Under the pieces are notes generated by a model. The model was not told the origin of the DNA. It saw only the letters and a list, made by a program, of their open reading frames with translations, and searched no databases. Below, piece after piece: positions 1-8,840 of a DNA stretch of 24,000 nucleotides. The translations under genes were made by a program, and so were the position numbers. Source of the stretch: Niastella koreensis GR20-10 (GTDB lineage Bacteria > Bacteroidota > Bacteroidia > Chitinophagales > Chitinophagaceae). The stretch's first letter is position 1. Each line of letters opens with the position of its first letter. The stretch covers positions 4,824,744 through 4,848,743 of the forward strand of contig NC_016609.1 in NCBI RefSeq assembly GCF_000246855.1, written 5' to 3'.

Positions 1-1257
1 GTGCATTGTGATAAACAGTAGCCCCTCCGGAAAGATCGTGGTTAGTTTCATCTTTACCCGGTATAGGTCCGTTATAATCATCAAACTGGCCTTTCAGGCT
101 TACAAACGCCTCGGTCGTCGGCGTTAGGTTCAAAGTAACGTTACTCAGTATGGAATAGCTTTGAAGCTTGATATTATTGTTAAACCCGTTCAGTGAATTT
201 TTCCGCACATTCCCATTATCAAGATTATAACTCATGGCCAGGTAGTACTTTGCTTTATCACCACCGCCGCTGATGTTCACATTCGCCCGTTGGTTGATAG
301 TCACGGGCTTGATAAGCTCGTTGATCCAGTTGTTGTTGGGATATAATAAAGGGTCGTCGTTCCTGGCAGTATGATCAATTTTGGTTTGCGAATATAAAAC
401 CGCGCCCAAAGGATTCCTTGTCAATACCGCTTCGTTGGCAAGGTTCATGTATGAAATATTGTCGGCAAGCGCCAGGTTCTTTGTATTGGAGGAAAAAGAA
501 TTTTCAGCCCGCACGTTGAATCTCATTTTACCCGACTGACCAATTTTGGTGGTAACAAGTATTACGCCGTTGGCGCCGCGTGCACCATACACTGCGGTAG
601 CCGTTGCATCTTTCAGAACAGAAAATCCCGAGATGTTATCGGGCTGCAGCCTGGCCAGGTCTGTCGTCGACGATTCAATTCCGTCGATTAATATCAGCGG
701 GTTTACTTTCCCCGCGCCAAACGTGCCCAGGCCCCTGATAAAAAAGGAGGCATTATCATTGCCGGGCTCTCCTGTGGTCTGGAAGGAAATCAAGCCGGGA
801 ATTTTACCGGCCAGCATGGTAGTAAGATTGCTCGTGGGCCCTTTGATCTCCTTCACATCGATGGATGTAACAGAACTTACGAGCGTGGTTTTTCGCTGGG
901 TGCCATAGCCCACCACAATAACATCACCCAACTTATTGTCTTTGGCCTTCATCAAAACACTAATTGAACTGTTACCCTGTATTTCTATTTCCTGGGTTTC
1001 GAACCCCGTGGCCGAAACGATCAATGTGCCGTTGGCCGGGGCTTTTATGAGAAAGTTGCCTTTTTCATCCGCAATGACGGACCTTTTCGGATTGCTCTTG
1101 AGTGTAACAGTGGCAGAAGAAATGGCGGAAGAATCAGAACGGACTTTGCCTTTTACAGATATTTCATTCTCCTGTCCGTAGAGCCCGGCAGAAATAACGG
1201 AGAGTGAACAAATAATGAAAATAGATAGTGCATGTTTGATCAATAACATTTTTTTCA
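1..1257 (-). CDS. SusC/RagA-type TonB-dependent outer-membrane receptor, N-terminal ~420 codons, partial (runs off left edge), with an apparent 1-nt frameshift inside the signal-peptide region
   Basis: From my own reverse-complement translation; the ORF track omits it. ATG at 1257-1255 gives MKKMLLIKHALSIFIICSL, a signal-peptide-like start, but that frame stops at 1155-1153. From ~1190 down to position 2 a different frame is open. It reads VISAGLYGQENEISVKGKVRSDSSAISSATVTLKSNPKRSVIADEKGNFLIKAPANGTLIVSATGFETQEIEIQGNSSISVLMKAKDNKLGDVIVVGYGTQRKTTLVSSVTSIDVKEIKGPTSNLTTMLAGKIPGLISFQTTGEPGNDNASFFIRGLGTFGAGKVNPLILIDGIE...ATAVYGARGANGVILVTTK. That is a carboxypeptidase-regulatory-like domain followed by the TonB-box/plug region typical of SusC. 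The + strand ORFs 546-1433 are its antisense shadows. Confidence 0.85.
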
Positions 1258-1727
1258 TACGCAATTTTTTGGTTTGGTGTTCTCTTTCGGATACCGGACT
1301 ATCATGCAAAATCGTGGTTGCATTTACAATGAGTATAAAAGAAAGCTTTACCACGGCCCCAGGCATAGCAGGACTACAGTTGACTTTTTTATTTATTATA
1401 ACCGGTATTTCGTTTATGGAAGCCGGGCGGTAATAAAGTCCCGTAAAATGTGAGTGAATGAAAGAGGGGCCGGAGCCCGCGGGTCAGGCGTTTGCAATCG
1501 TAATCGTTGTCTCATTTAGCAGATTTTTATGTAACCAGGATTCCTTTGTTAAAATAATGACAAAACCCTGGCGCCTTTTATATCTGGCGTACCAATATTT
1601 CAACAAAACGTACCAGCACCGGTTGGGATGGAACATAACACGGTCCAAAAAAAATGCTTTGGTTTTATTTTTTAAGGCATCAAATACATTATTTTAGTCA
1701 TATCGTTAAAAAGTGTAAATTTCACAA

Positions 1728-4700
1728 TTGCCATTCTTTAAATACCTATGCATCTTCTTGCTTGCAACGACTATGGCGGGCTTACTGCATGCCAGCCCTC
1801 ATTATTTCAGACATCTTGAGGTGGAAAATGGGCTGTCGAATAACAGCATTACCTGCAGTTTGCAGGACCACCTGGGTTTTATGTGGTTCGGTACCAAAGA
1901 CGGACTGAACCGCTATGACGGGTATTCTTTTAAAGTATTCAAAAAGATAGAAGGAAATAAAAAAGCGATCGGAAGCAATTTTATTCATTGCCTGTACGAA
2001 GACAAACAGGGAATACTATGGATTGGAACAGAGGGAGGGCTGTTCAGGTACTCTTCTCTTACCGAAGAATTTTCCTTTGTGGCCGCTACCACCAACCTGT
2101 TTATCGATAAGATTGATGAAGATGTAAGAGGCAATATCTGGCTGCTGTCATACTATAAGCTTTGCAGGTATGACAGGAGCACGGAAAAAATTAAACAATA
2201 TGACCCGGAGACTTACTTTACGGCGACTACCTTTTGCAACAGTCCTGATGGCTCCTTCTGGGTAGGCACCTCCCGGGGACTGCTGGAAAAATATGACTTT
2301 GCCACCGATAGGTTCTCGGGGTTTAATTTATTCAGTCATTCCGCGCCGTCTACCCGTCTTTGGGTGGAATGCTTATATATAACATCAGACGGGCATTTTA
2401 TTGCAGGAACCTCCGACAATAAAATCAAAGTATTCGATCCGGTTCATTATACCTATACTGACATTGCTTTGAGTGGCGATGAGCATGCAAATTTATTCAT
2501 TAAGAACTTCGTAGAGACCGCAAAAGGAGAATGGTGGTTTGGGACAAGCTCGGGCCTGTTTATTTATGACAGGAGAAATCAGTCGGTTCAGCAAATCAAA
2601 AAAGACTATAACAACCCTTATTCCATTAACGATAATTCCATCACTTCCATGTGCCGCGATAATGAGGGTGGCATATGGATTGGTACCTACTATGGTGGTA
2701 TCAACTACTTCGCCAACCAAATCGTATTCACAAAATATTTCCCCCAACGGGGCCAAAATTCATTGAGCGGCAACGTTGTGGGAGATATCAGGCAGGACCG
2801 CTACGGAAACCTGTGGATTGGCACCGAAGATGAAGGGCTGAATATGTTCGACCCTGCCACCGGCAGGTTCACTCATTTTGAAGCAGATGGCAAAGAAGGC
2901 AGCATCTCCTATTTTGAAATACACGGACTCCTGATGGTCGGAGACGAATTATGGATTGGGACCTACGAGCATGGCATTGACATCATGGATATTCGTACCA
3001 GGAAAGTCACCAGACGTTTTATAGCATGGAGAGACGGTTTTACGCATAATTATATTTATAACATTTACCAGGACAAAGCGGGGGAAATTTATATCTGTAC
3101 CGCCAGCGGTGCATATATCTTTAACAAGGGAAAAAACAATTTCAGCGTCCTGGACGGCATTCCCCCGTTTTGGTGCACATCTATCATTGCAGACCGGAAA
3201 AACCGGCTGTGGGTTTCAACATTCGGGTATGGTATATACCTGCGAAGCAAATATGGCGGTAAAACAGATCGCCTTTGCTATGATGAAAAAGATCCCACCA
3301 GTCTTATCAGCAACCGGGTAACTTCGATATACGAGGCCAGCAACGGCACTATCTGGGTGGCCACCGAATCCGGATTGTGCAAATGGAATGAAAAGGAGGG
3401 TAACTTTACGCGCTTTGGCATGGCAAACGGCTTCCCAAGCGATTTTATTTTATCCATCCTGGAAGATGCGGAAAAGAATCTATGGCTCAGCACTACCAAA
3501 GGCCTTGTAAGATTTCATCCTTCGACGGGAAAGGTGGAAGTGTTTACCACCTCAAACGGGTTAATCAGCGATCAGTTCAACTATCATTCAGCCTTTAAAG
3601 CTCCCGATGGTTCCATGTATTTCGGCAGCACCAAAGGGCTGGTTAGCTTTCACCCCAGCCATTTTGAGCAAAGCACATTTACACCACCGATCTACCTGAC
3701 CAATTTCCAGGTAAACGGTCAGGAAATATTCCCTGATGACCCCGATTCGCTTTTGAAGCAATCCATTTTGTACACAAAGGAAATTACGCTCCGGCACAAC
3801 CAGTCTATTTTTAATATAGACTTTGCGGCGCCGAATTATTCGGCGCCGAAGATGGTAGAATATGCCTACCAGATGCAGGGCCTCACCAATAACTGGATCT
3901 ATCTGAAGGACAGCCGGCGGGCAAGCTTTACTGAGCTGGCTGCCGGAAGCTATGTATTCTGCGTAAAAGCCTTCACCAACAATGGATGGAGCAAGGAAAC
4001 AAAATTGCTTATAACGATATTGCCGCCGTGGTGGCAGAGCCGCACAGCGTACAGCCTGTATGCCGTTCTTTTCGTTTTACTGATCTTTGTTTTGGTGCGT
4101 TACTATCATCGCCGGGTAAATGAAAAAAACAAAAGAAATTTCGAGCTCCTGAGAATCGAAAAAGAAAAAGAGGTGCTTGAAATGGAACTGAAGAATGAAA
4201 AAATTCTGTTACAGGCTAAAATTGATTTTTTTACCAATGTCGCCCATGAAATAAGGACGCCGTTGACATTGATTAAAGTGCCGCTAAAAAAGGTCATCAG
4301 GAAATTGGGATTCAACGCCGAGATTGGCAATAGCTTACAAATAATGGAACGGAATACCGACCGGCTCATAGAGCTGAGCGGCCAGCTATTGGACTTCAGG
4401 CAAACGGAACTGAAGAATGTTCAATTGTATTTCGAACGAAAGGAAATCAATCAATTAATAGCCGAAGCCTGTTCGGGGTTTACCACTTTGGCGGAGCAAA
4501 ACAACATATCTTTTCAAATGGAGATTCCTCAGGAGCCCTTGTTTGCCTGTATAGATGTGGATGCTTTTCATAAGATCATATATAATCTTTTCAGCAATGC
4601 GGTTAAATATGCCCACACCAGCGTTTGCATTAGCCTGCTGCCGTATTATAACAGCAACGACAGCTTCACGCTTAAAGTCAAAAATGACGGAAATATCATA

Positions 4701-4934
4701 CCTTACGAGTTAAAGGAAAATATTTTCAAACCGTTCTTCCGTATCCGGCAAACAGAAAACCAAACCGGTACGGGAATCGGGCTTGCGTTAGCCCTTTCAT
4801 TGGCCGATTTACATGGCGGCAGCCTGGTGCTCGATACGCCGGAGAACAATATGAACGTATTCACATTTACCATGCCGGTTAATGACGGGTTATGTGAAGA
4901 TAATTCCATAAAGAATATTACTGCTGCGGATTAA
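1728..4934 (+). CDS. Sensor histidine kinase with periplasmic two-component-regulator propeller repeats and a Y_Y_Y-like region (HTCS-type sensor without the receiver)
   Basis: 1068-aa ORF with a hydrophobic N-terminus (YLCIFLLATTMAGLLHA). It has more than 10 propeller-type repeats (MWFGTKDGL, LWIGTEGGL, FWVGTSRGL, WWFGTSSGL, IWIGTYYGG, LWIGTEDEGL, LWVSTFGYG, IWVATESGL, LWLSTTKGL). A TM helix follows (AYSLYAVLFVLLIFVLVRYY), then a coiled coil, H-box FFTNVAHEIRTPLTLI, N-box NLFSNAVKYA and G-boxes VKNDG / GTGIGLALA. The start is TTG at 1728; the only in-frame ATG (1773) would remove the signal/TM segment, so the start is uncertain. Confidence 0.92.
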   Translation: MPFFKYLCIFLLATTMAGLLHASPHYFRHLEVENGLSNNSITCSLQDHLGFMWFGTKDGLNRYDGYSFKVFKKIEGNKKAIGSNFIHCLYEDKQGILWIGTEGGLFRYSSLTEEFSFVAATTNLFIDKIDEDVRGNIWLLSYYKLCRYDRSTEKIKQYDPETYFTATTFCNSPDGSFWVGTSRGLLEKYDFATDRFSGFNLFSHSAPSTRLWVECLYITSDGHFIAGTSDNKIKVFDPVHYTYTDIALSGDEHANLFIKNFVETAKGEWWFGTSSGLFIYDRRNQSVQQIKKDYNNPYSINDNSITSMCRDNEGGIWIGTYYGGINYFANQIVFTKYFPQRGQNSLSGNVVGDIRQDRYGNLWIGTEDEGLNMFDPATGRFTHFEADGKEGSISYFEIHGLLMVGDELWIGTYEHGIDIMDIRTRKVTRRFIAWRDGFTHNYIYNIYQDKAGEIYICTASGAYIFNKGKNNFSVLDGIPPFWCTSIIADRKNRLWVSTFGYGIYLRSKYGGKTDRLCYDEKDPTSLISNRVTSIYEASNGTIWVATESGLCKWNEKEGNFTRFGMANGFPSDFILSILEDAEKNLWLSTTKGLVRFHPSTGKVEVFTTSNGLISDQFNYHSAFKAPDGSMYFGSTKGLVSFHPSHFEQSTFTPPIYLTNFQVNGQEIFPDDPDSLLKQSILYTKEITLRHNQSIFNIDFAAPNYSAPKMVEYAYQMQGLTNNWIYLKDSRRASFTELAAGSYVFCVKAFTNNGWSKETKLLITILPPWWQSRTAYSLYAVLFVLLIFVLVRYYHRRVNEKNKRNFELLRIEKEKEVLEMELKNEKILLQAKIDFFTNVAHEIRTPLTLIKVPLKKVIRKLGFNAEIGNSLQIMERNTDRLIELSGQLLDFRQTELKNVQLYFERKEINQLIAEACSGFTTLAEQNNISFQMEIPQEPLFACIDVDAFHKIIYNLFSNAVKYAHTSVCISLLPYYNSNDSFTLKVKNDGNIIPYELKENIFKPFFRIRQTENQTGTGIGLALALSLADLHGGSLVLDTPENNMNVFTFTMPVNDGLCEDNSIKNITAAD

Positions 4935-4943
4935 ATCTCACAT

Positions 4944-5714
4944 ATGAAACGGAAAATACTGCTGGTAGAAGATAATCCGGAGATGCTGGAGGTGATTACC
5001 GACGAGCTAAGCGAGCATTACCAGGTACAGGCTGCCAGGGACGGCATTCAGGCAATCAAAGTTCTTAAGAACGAATCCGTAGACCTGGTAATTACCGATA
5101 TCATGATGCCTTTTATGGATGGGTTTGAGCTTTGTAAGACTATTAAATCGGATGTGGAATTCAGCCATGTTCCTGTTATCTTATTAACAGCAAAAAACAC
5201 CCTGCAATCGAAAATAGAAGGGCTGGGATTAGGAGCAGATGCCTACATTGAAAAGCCTTTTGATCCCGAGCTGTTGCTGGCACAAATTGCCAACCTGCTG
5301 GACAACCGTAGAAAGCTCAAGCAGCATTTTGCGCACTCCCCTATTGCCAAGCTGAATTCGATGGCCTATACGCATTCCGATGAATTTTTCCTGGAAAAAC
5401 TGGATGCGACGATTCAAAATAACATCGATGATACCGACCTGGATGTGGACAAGCTCGCCCGTTTGATGAATCTCGGCCGCACCAGCCTGTTTCGCAAGAT
5501 CAAATCACTTACCGATCTGACACCCAATGAGCTTGTAAACATTACCCGGCTTAAAAAAGCCGCCGAATTATTAGCCAGCGATGATCTCCTGATCTATGAG
5601 GTTTCGGTTATGGTCGGTTACCGTTCACAAACCAATTTTGGCCGGAATTTTTTTAAAACAGTTCGGCATGAGTCCCAAAGACTTTCAAAAGAGCAAACGA
5701 GGGGGGAAGGCTGA
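4944..5714 (+). CDS. Response regulator with AraC-type HTH output; the C-terminal ~20 aa appear frameshifted
   Basis: REC domain: MKRKILLVEDNPEM, DLVITDIMMPFMDG, LLTAK, IEKPF. HTH_AraC domain: VDKLARLMNLGRTSLFRKIKSLT...VGYRSQTNF. The ORF tail ...GRNFFKTVRHESQRLSKEQTRGEG is not AraC-like. After the T7 run at 5648-5654, the adjacent frame reads LKQFGMSPKDFQKSKRGGKAENK* (stop at 5722-5724), which is the canonical AraC C-terminus. Confidence 0.9.
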   Translation: MKRKILLVEDNPEMLEVITDELSEHYQVQAARDGIQAIKVLKNESVDLVITDIMMPFMDGFELCKTIKSDVEFSHVPVILLTAKNTLQSKIEGLGLGADAYIEKPFDPELLLAQIANLLDNRRKLKQHFAHSPIAKLNSMAYTHSDEFFLEKLDATIQNNIDDTDLDVDKLARLMNLGRTSLFRKIKSLTDLTPNELVNITRLKKAAELLASDDLLIYEVSVMVGYRSQTNFGRNFFKTVRHESQRLSKEQTRGEG

Positions 5715-5778
5715 GAATAAATAGTTTGTTAATTTCACATAATCCCTCCCCGGCAACCTTTTTCACCTACTTCAATTT

Positions 5779-5809
5779 CGGGAAATATCTACAATTCAAC
5801 GGGAAATAT
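5779..5809. promoter_or_regulatory. Direct repeat CGGGAAATAT x2 with 21-bp periodicity; candidate AraC-type operator upstream of the redox cluster
   Basis: An exact 10-mer occurs at 5779-5788 and 5800-5809. Both copies are preceded by TTCAA and followed by (C/A)(T/G)ACA. The site lies about 105 nt upstream of the start at 5916. Function is inferred only. Confidence 0.3.
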
Positions 5810-5915
5810 AGACATCCTTTCTGGCCATAACTCAAATTACTTTTGTGATACAGGAATTCTTACCTCCAATTTATCTGGACGCACAAAGACGTTCATCCTA
5901 TATAAAAATTATTAA

Positions 5916-6455
5916 ATGAGCGATCAATTTGAGGTTCTCAAAAGAGAAAATGTATCGACAAAAAACCAACAGGTGTTTGACCAGATCAAAAGCTTACTGG
6001 GTGCTGTCCCTAATCTCTATTCAACACTGGCCTATTCTGAAAATGCGCTTGAGGCATACTTCAGGTTGGAAACCAGTCCAAATTCTTTAAGTGCAAGAGA
6101 AGTAGCAATAGTGAACCTGGTAGTTAGTGAAATAAATAATTGTATGTATAGCCTGAGCGTGTTTACGATGATTGCCAAACAATCCGGTTTCACGGAAGAA
6201 CAAACCATTGAGATAAGATCTGGCTGCGCTTCGTTTGACACCCAACTGGATGCATTGATAAAATTGACAAGGGAACTTTCCCGTAAGAAAAATATAGAAA
6301 CCCAACAGTTGTTGGACGCTTTTTATATGGCCGGTTATACCAAAGAAAACTTAATGGACATCATCATTCTAATTGGCGATAGAACAATAAGCAATTTGCT
6401 GCATACAGTTACCAGGGTTCCGATCGAATTCCCCCTGGCAAAAACGATTGATTAA
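5916..6455 (+). CDS. Carboxymuconolactone decarboxylase / AhpD-like family protein (paralogue 1; CxxS variant of the CxxC motif)
   Basis: 179 aa. The AhpD-core-like segment is SAREVAIVNLVVSEINNCMYSLSVFTMIAK. It aligns colinearly with the paralogue at 8841-9380, including shared SASFD..L.AL.KL and AGYTKE.L.D blocks. Confidence 0.8.
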   Translation: MSDQFEVLKRENVSTKNQQVFDQIKSLLGAVPNLYSTLAYSENALEAYFRLETSPNSLSAREVAIVNLVVSEINNCMYSLSVFTMIAKQSGFTEEQTIEIRSGCASFDTQLDALIKLTRELSRKKNIETQQLLDAFYMAGYTKENLMDIIILIGDRTISNLLHTVTRVPIEFPLAKTID

Positions 6456-6514
6456 GTTCCTATAAGATTGGCATCAATAAATTGTATACGTAATTATACT
6501 CAATAAATTCAAAA

Positions 6515-7186
6515 ATGAAAAGTTCGATTACCATCAAATTCAGGTCCCTGGCTGTTGTCATATCATTGGCATGCACAACAGGATTGGTTCAGGCACAGGA
6601 TAATGCTCAGCCTGTTGATACGAAACAGCTATCTTATATTAGTCCGCAAAAACCAGAAGACATCAGTCCATTACTCAACGGGGAGAAGATCCCTACGGGG
6701 TTGCTGCCTGATGTTTCGGGAAAGATCTTTGACCTGAACAAGGCAGTGTCTGAAAAACCAACCGTATTGATCATTTATCGTGGTGGCTGGTGTCCTTATT
6801 GTTCCAAACAGCTTTCAGGCTTGCGGCAAGCGGCGCCAGAACTGGAAAAGCTGGGTTATCAATTGATCGCTGTTAGTACGGATGCCCCGGAAGGGCTTAT
6901 GCAATCTGTAACAAAAGAAAAAATAAGTTTCACCCTGCTATCTGACGCAGACCTTAGCTTCTCCAAACAGTTTGGATTAGCTTACAAAGCGCCAATGGGA
7001 TATTGGGAAATGCTGTTAAAATCCACACATGGAAAAGACGTCGATTTGTTACTTCCCGTACCATCTGTATTTATACTGAACAAAAAAGGCGCAATACAAT
7101 TCGAATATATCAATCCTGATTTCAAACAACGGCTGAACCCGGATCTTTTAAAAACCGTAGCGGCCAGTATCATAAAAGAACTTTAA
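6515..7186 (+). CDS. Secreted AhpC/TSA-family peroxiredoxin-like (PRX_like2-type) thiol-disulfide oxidoreductase
   Basis: 223 aa with a signal peptide (SLAVVISLACTTGLVQAQ). It has a thioredoxin-fold motif, VLIIYRGGWCPYCSKQL, followed by LIAVSTD and FTLLSDADL, which are typical of this family. Confidence 0.85.
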   Translation: MKSSITIKFRSLAVVISLACTTGLVQAQDNAQPVDTKQLSYISPQKPEDISPLLNGEKIPTGLLPDVSGKIFDLNKAVSEKPTVLIIYRGGWCPYCSKQLSGLRQAAPELEKLGYQLIAVSTDAPEGLMQSVTKEKISFTLLSDADLSFSKQFGLAYKAPMGYWEMLLKSTHGKDVDLLLPVPSVFILNKKGAIQFEYINPDFKQRLNPDLLKTVAASIIKEL

Positions 7187-7197
7187 ACTAAAAAATC

Positions 7198-7668
7198 ATG
7201 TCTGAAGCCATGAGCAGCAAAATATTTTTAGTTATTAGCCTGATTGGGTTTACAATTGGATTACGCGTGGTCGTTGCACACGCTAAAGAAAAGCAAAACG
7301 TGAAGCAGGCTGAGAAGAAAATATCATTTGTTAATGGCAAATGGAAGGATGTAGCAGCGCTGGCAAAGAAAAAAGGCAAATATATTTTTGTGGATGCATA
7401 TACTGCCTGGTGTGCTCCATGCCGTCAACTCAAAAATGTTACATTCAAAGACAGGGAGGCCGCGGCGTTTTACAATGGAAACTTTATCAGTTATACGGTT
7501 GACATGGAAAAAGGCGAAGGTGTAGAATTAGCTGAAAAATGGGATGTTACGGCGTATCCTACATTGTTATTCTTTACACCTGAAGGTAAAATGGTTATGA
7601 CACAGGTTGGATACGTGAATGGAAAGCAATTGATTGAATTTGGCAAGCAAGCACTTGAAAAACTCTAA
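7198..7668 (+). CDS. Membrane-anchored or secreted thioredoxin-fold protein (WCAPC active site)
   Basis: 156 aa with an N-terminal hydrophobic segment (IFLVISLIGFTIGLRVVVA). Motifs are FVDAYTAWCAPCRQL and the cis-Pro region VTAYPTLLFF. Confidence 0.85.
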   Translation: MSEAMSSKIFLVISLIGFTIGLRVVVAHAKEKQNVKQAEKKISFVNGKWKDVAALAKKKGKYIFVDAYTAWCAPCRQLKNVTFKDREAAAFYNGNFISYTVDMEKGEGVELAEKWDVTAYPTLLFFTPEGKMVMTQVGYVNGKQLIEFGKQALEKL

Positions 7669-7678
7669 AAATAATATC

Positions 7679-7972
7679 ATGGAAACAATTTCGTTATTGG
7701 TCAGGCTTGAAGCAAAGCCAGGCAAAGAACAACAAGTAGCCAATTTCATAAAAGGCGCGCTGTCTTTGGCACAGCAGGAACAAAAAACCATCCGATGGTA
7801 TGCTTTGCAGATAGGACCTGCTACTTTTGGGATCTTCGATACGTTTGAAACTGAAGAAGGCAGGGATGCCCATCTTGGCGGTGAAATTGCAAAAGCGCTG
7901 ATGGCAAATGCGCCTGATTTACTGGCGAAAGCTCCGGAAATCGAAAAAGTGGCCATCCTGGCCTATAAGTAA
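7679..7972 (+). CDS. ABM (antibiotic-biosynthesis-monooxygenase-like, ferredoxin-fold) domain protein
   Basis: I prefer the ATG at 7679 (METISLLVRLEAKPGKEQQVANFIKGAL...) because the track start at 7634 overlaps the preceding gene. The protein would be 97 aa. The pattern V.L..KPGK....F......A..E..T..W.A is ABM-like. Confidence 0.7.
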   Translation: METISLLVRLEAKPGKEQQVANFIKGALSLAQQEQKTIRWYALQIGPATFGIFDTFETEEGRDAHLGGEIAKALMANAPDLLAKAPEIEKVAILAYK

Positions 7973-7977
7973 TCAAC

Positions 7978-8817
7978 ATGATAAGGGAGTATAACGATAA
8001 TGCGACATCGGCACGCTTTATCATGCACAGCGGCAATAAAATGTTTTCGGGTAAGGGGCTGAACAAACCGGCGCCTTACCCAATCAATACCTTCGTGTAT
8101 AATAAAGAGGCAGCCCAGGAAGTGGTTATCGACGAAATTGCCTATACGATGCCCGGAGGCTGCATCCTGCCGCTTGTTTCCAATCAGCATTTTATATTCG
8201 AGCACCCGGAATCCTTAATTGCCTGGCAGTTTAACCGGGAATTCTATTGTATTGTTGATCATGACGCAGAAGTAGGTTGTGTTGGTTTTCTGTTCTATGG
8301 AATACAGCACCCGATGTTCATTAAGTTGAACAAAGATGAAAGTGAAGAAATGTCACACCTGGAAAAAGTATTTTCAAATGAGCTATTGCTGAAAGATAAT
8401 TTCCAGGGAGAAATGCTTCGTACACTGTTGAAAAGGGTGATTATAAAAATCACCCGATTGGCCAAGTTCCAGAGCAAAGACTACCAACAATATCCCGTTG
8501 AAAAAATGGATCTCATAAGAAGCTTTTCTTTATTACTGGAAGGAAATTTCAAACAACAACACGAGGTGAGGTTTTATGCGGGAGCGCTTAACAAATCTCC
8601 CAAAACCCTCAGTAACGTTTTTGCACTGTTGAAACAGCCAGCCCCTTCAATCCTCATCCGGAACAGGATTGTGCTGGAAGCCAAACGTTACCTGCATTAT
8701 ACCGAAAAGTCAGCGAAGGAAATAGCTTATGAACTGGGTTTTGAAAGTCCGGCGCATTTTAGCAGGTTTTTCAAGATGTACGCCGGGACAAACATCTCTG
8801 AGTTTCGCAGTCAGTAA
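7978..8817 (+). CDS. AraC-family transcriptional regulator
   Basis: 279 aa. The C-terminal double HTH reads FYAGALNKSPKTLSNVF...LEAKRYLHYTEKSAKEIAYELGFESPAHFSRFFKMYAGTNISEFR. It sits in the middle of the redox gene cluster. Confidence 0.9.
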   Translation: MIREYNDNATSARFIMHSGNKMFSGKGLNKPAPYPINTFVYNKEAAQEVVIDEIAYTMPGGCILPLVSNQHFIFEHPESLIAWQFNREFYCIVDHDAEVGCVGFLFYGIQHPMFIKLNKDESEEMSHLEKVFSNELLLKDNFQGEMLRTLLKRVIIKITRLAKFQSKDYQQYPVEKMDLIRSFSLLLEGNFKQQHEVRFYAGALNKSPKTLSNVFALLKQPAPSILIRNRIVLEAKRYLHYTEKSAKEIAYELGFESPAHFSRFFKMYAGTNISEFRSQ

Positions 8818-8840
8818 GTAAGCCGTTAAATACAGTCAAG

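Noticed and set aside
546-1433. Three + strand ORFs in the track (546-908, 936-1181, 1215-1433).
   Set aside because: They lie antisense to a clearly recognisable SusC-type receptor frame on the minus strand and have no recognisable motifs. They are shadow ORFs.
4932-4946. The sensor kinase and the REC-AraC regulator are in the same reading frame, separated only by a TAA plus 3 codons. This could be a classic fused hybrid two-component protein broken by a stop, or read-through.
   Set aside because: The regulator has its own ATG and a typical receiver N-terminus (MKRKILLVEDN). Separate kinase and AraC-type regulator pairs exist in this phylum, and a shared frame has a 1-in-3 chance. I note it but do not call it a lesion or recoding. 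Comparison with orthologues would settle it.
7567-8205. Minus-strand ORFs 7567-7956, 7821-8066 and 7963-8205.
   Set aside because: They are antisense to the thioredoxin-like, ABM and AraC genes and have no motifs.
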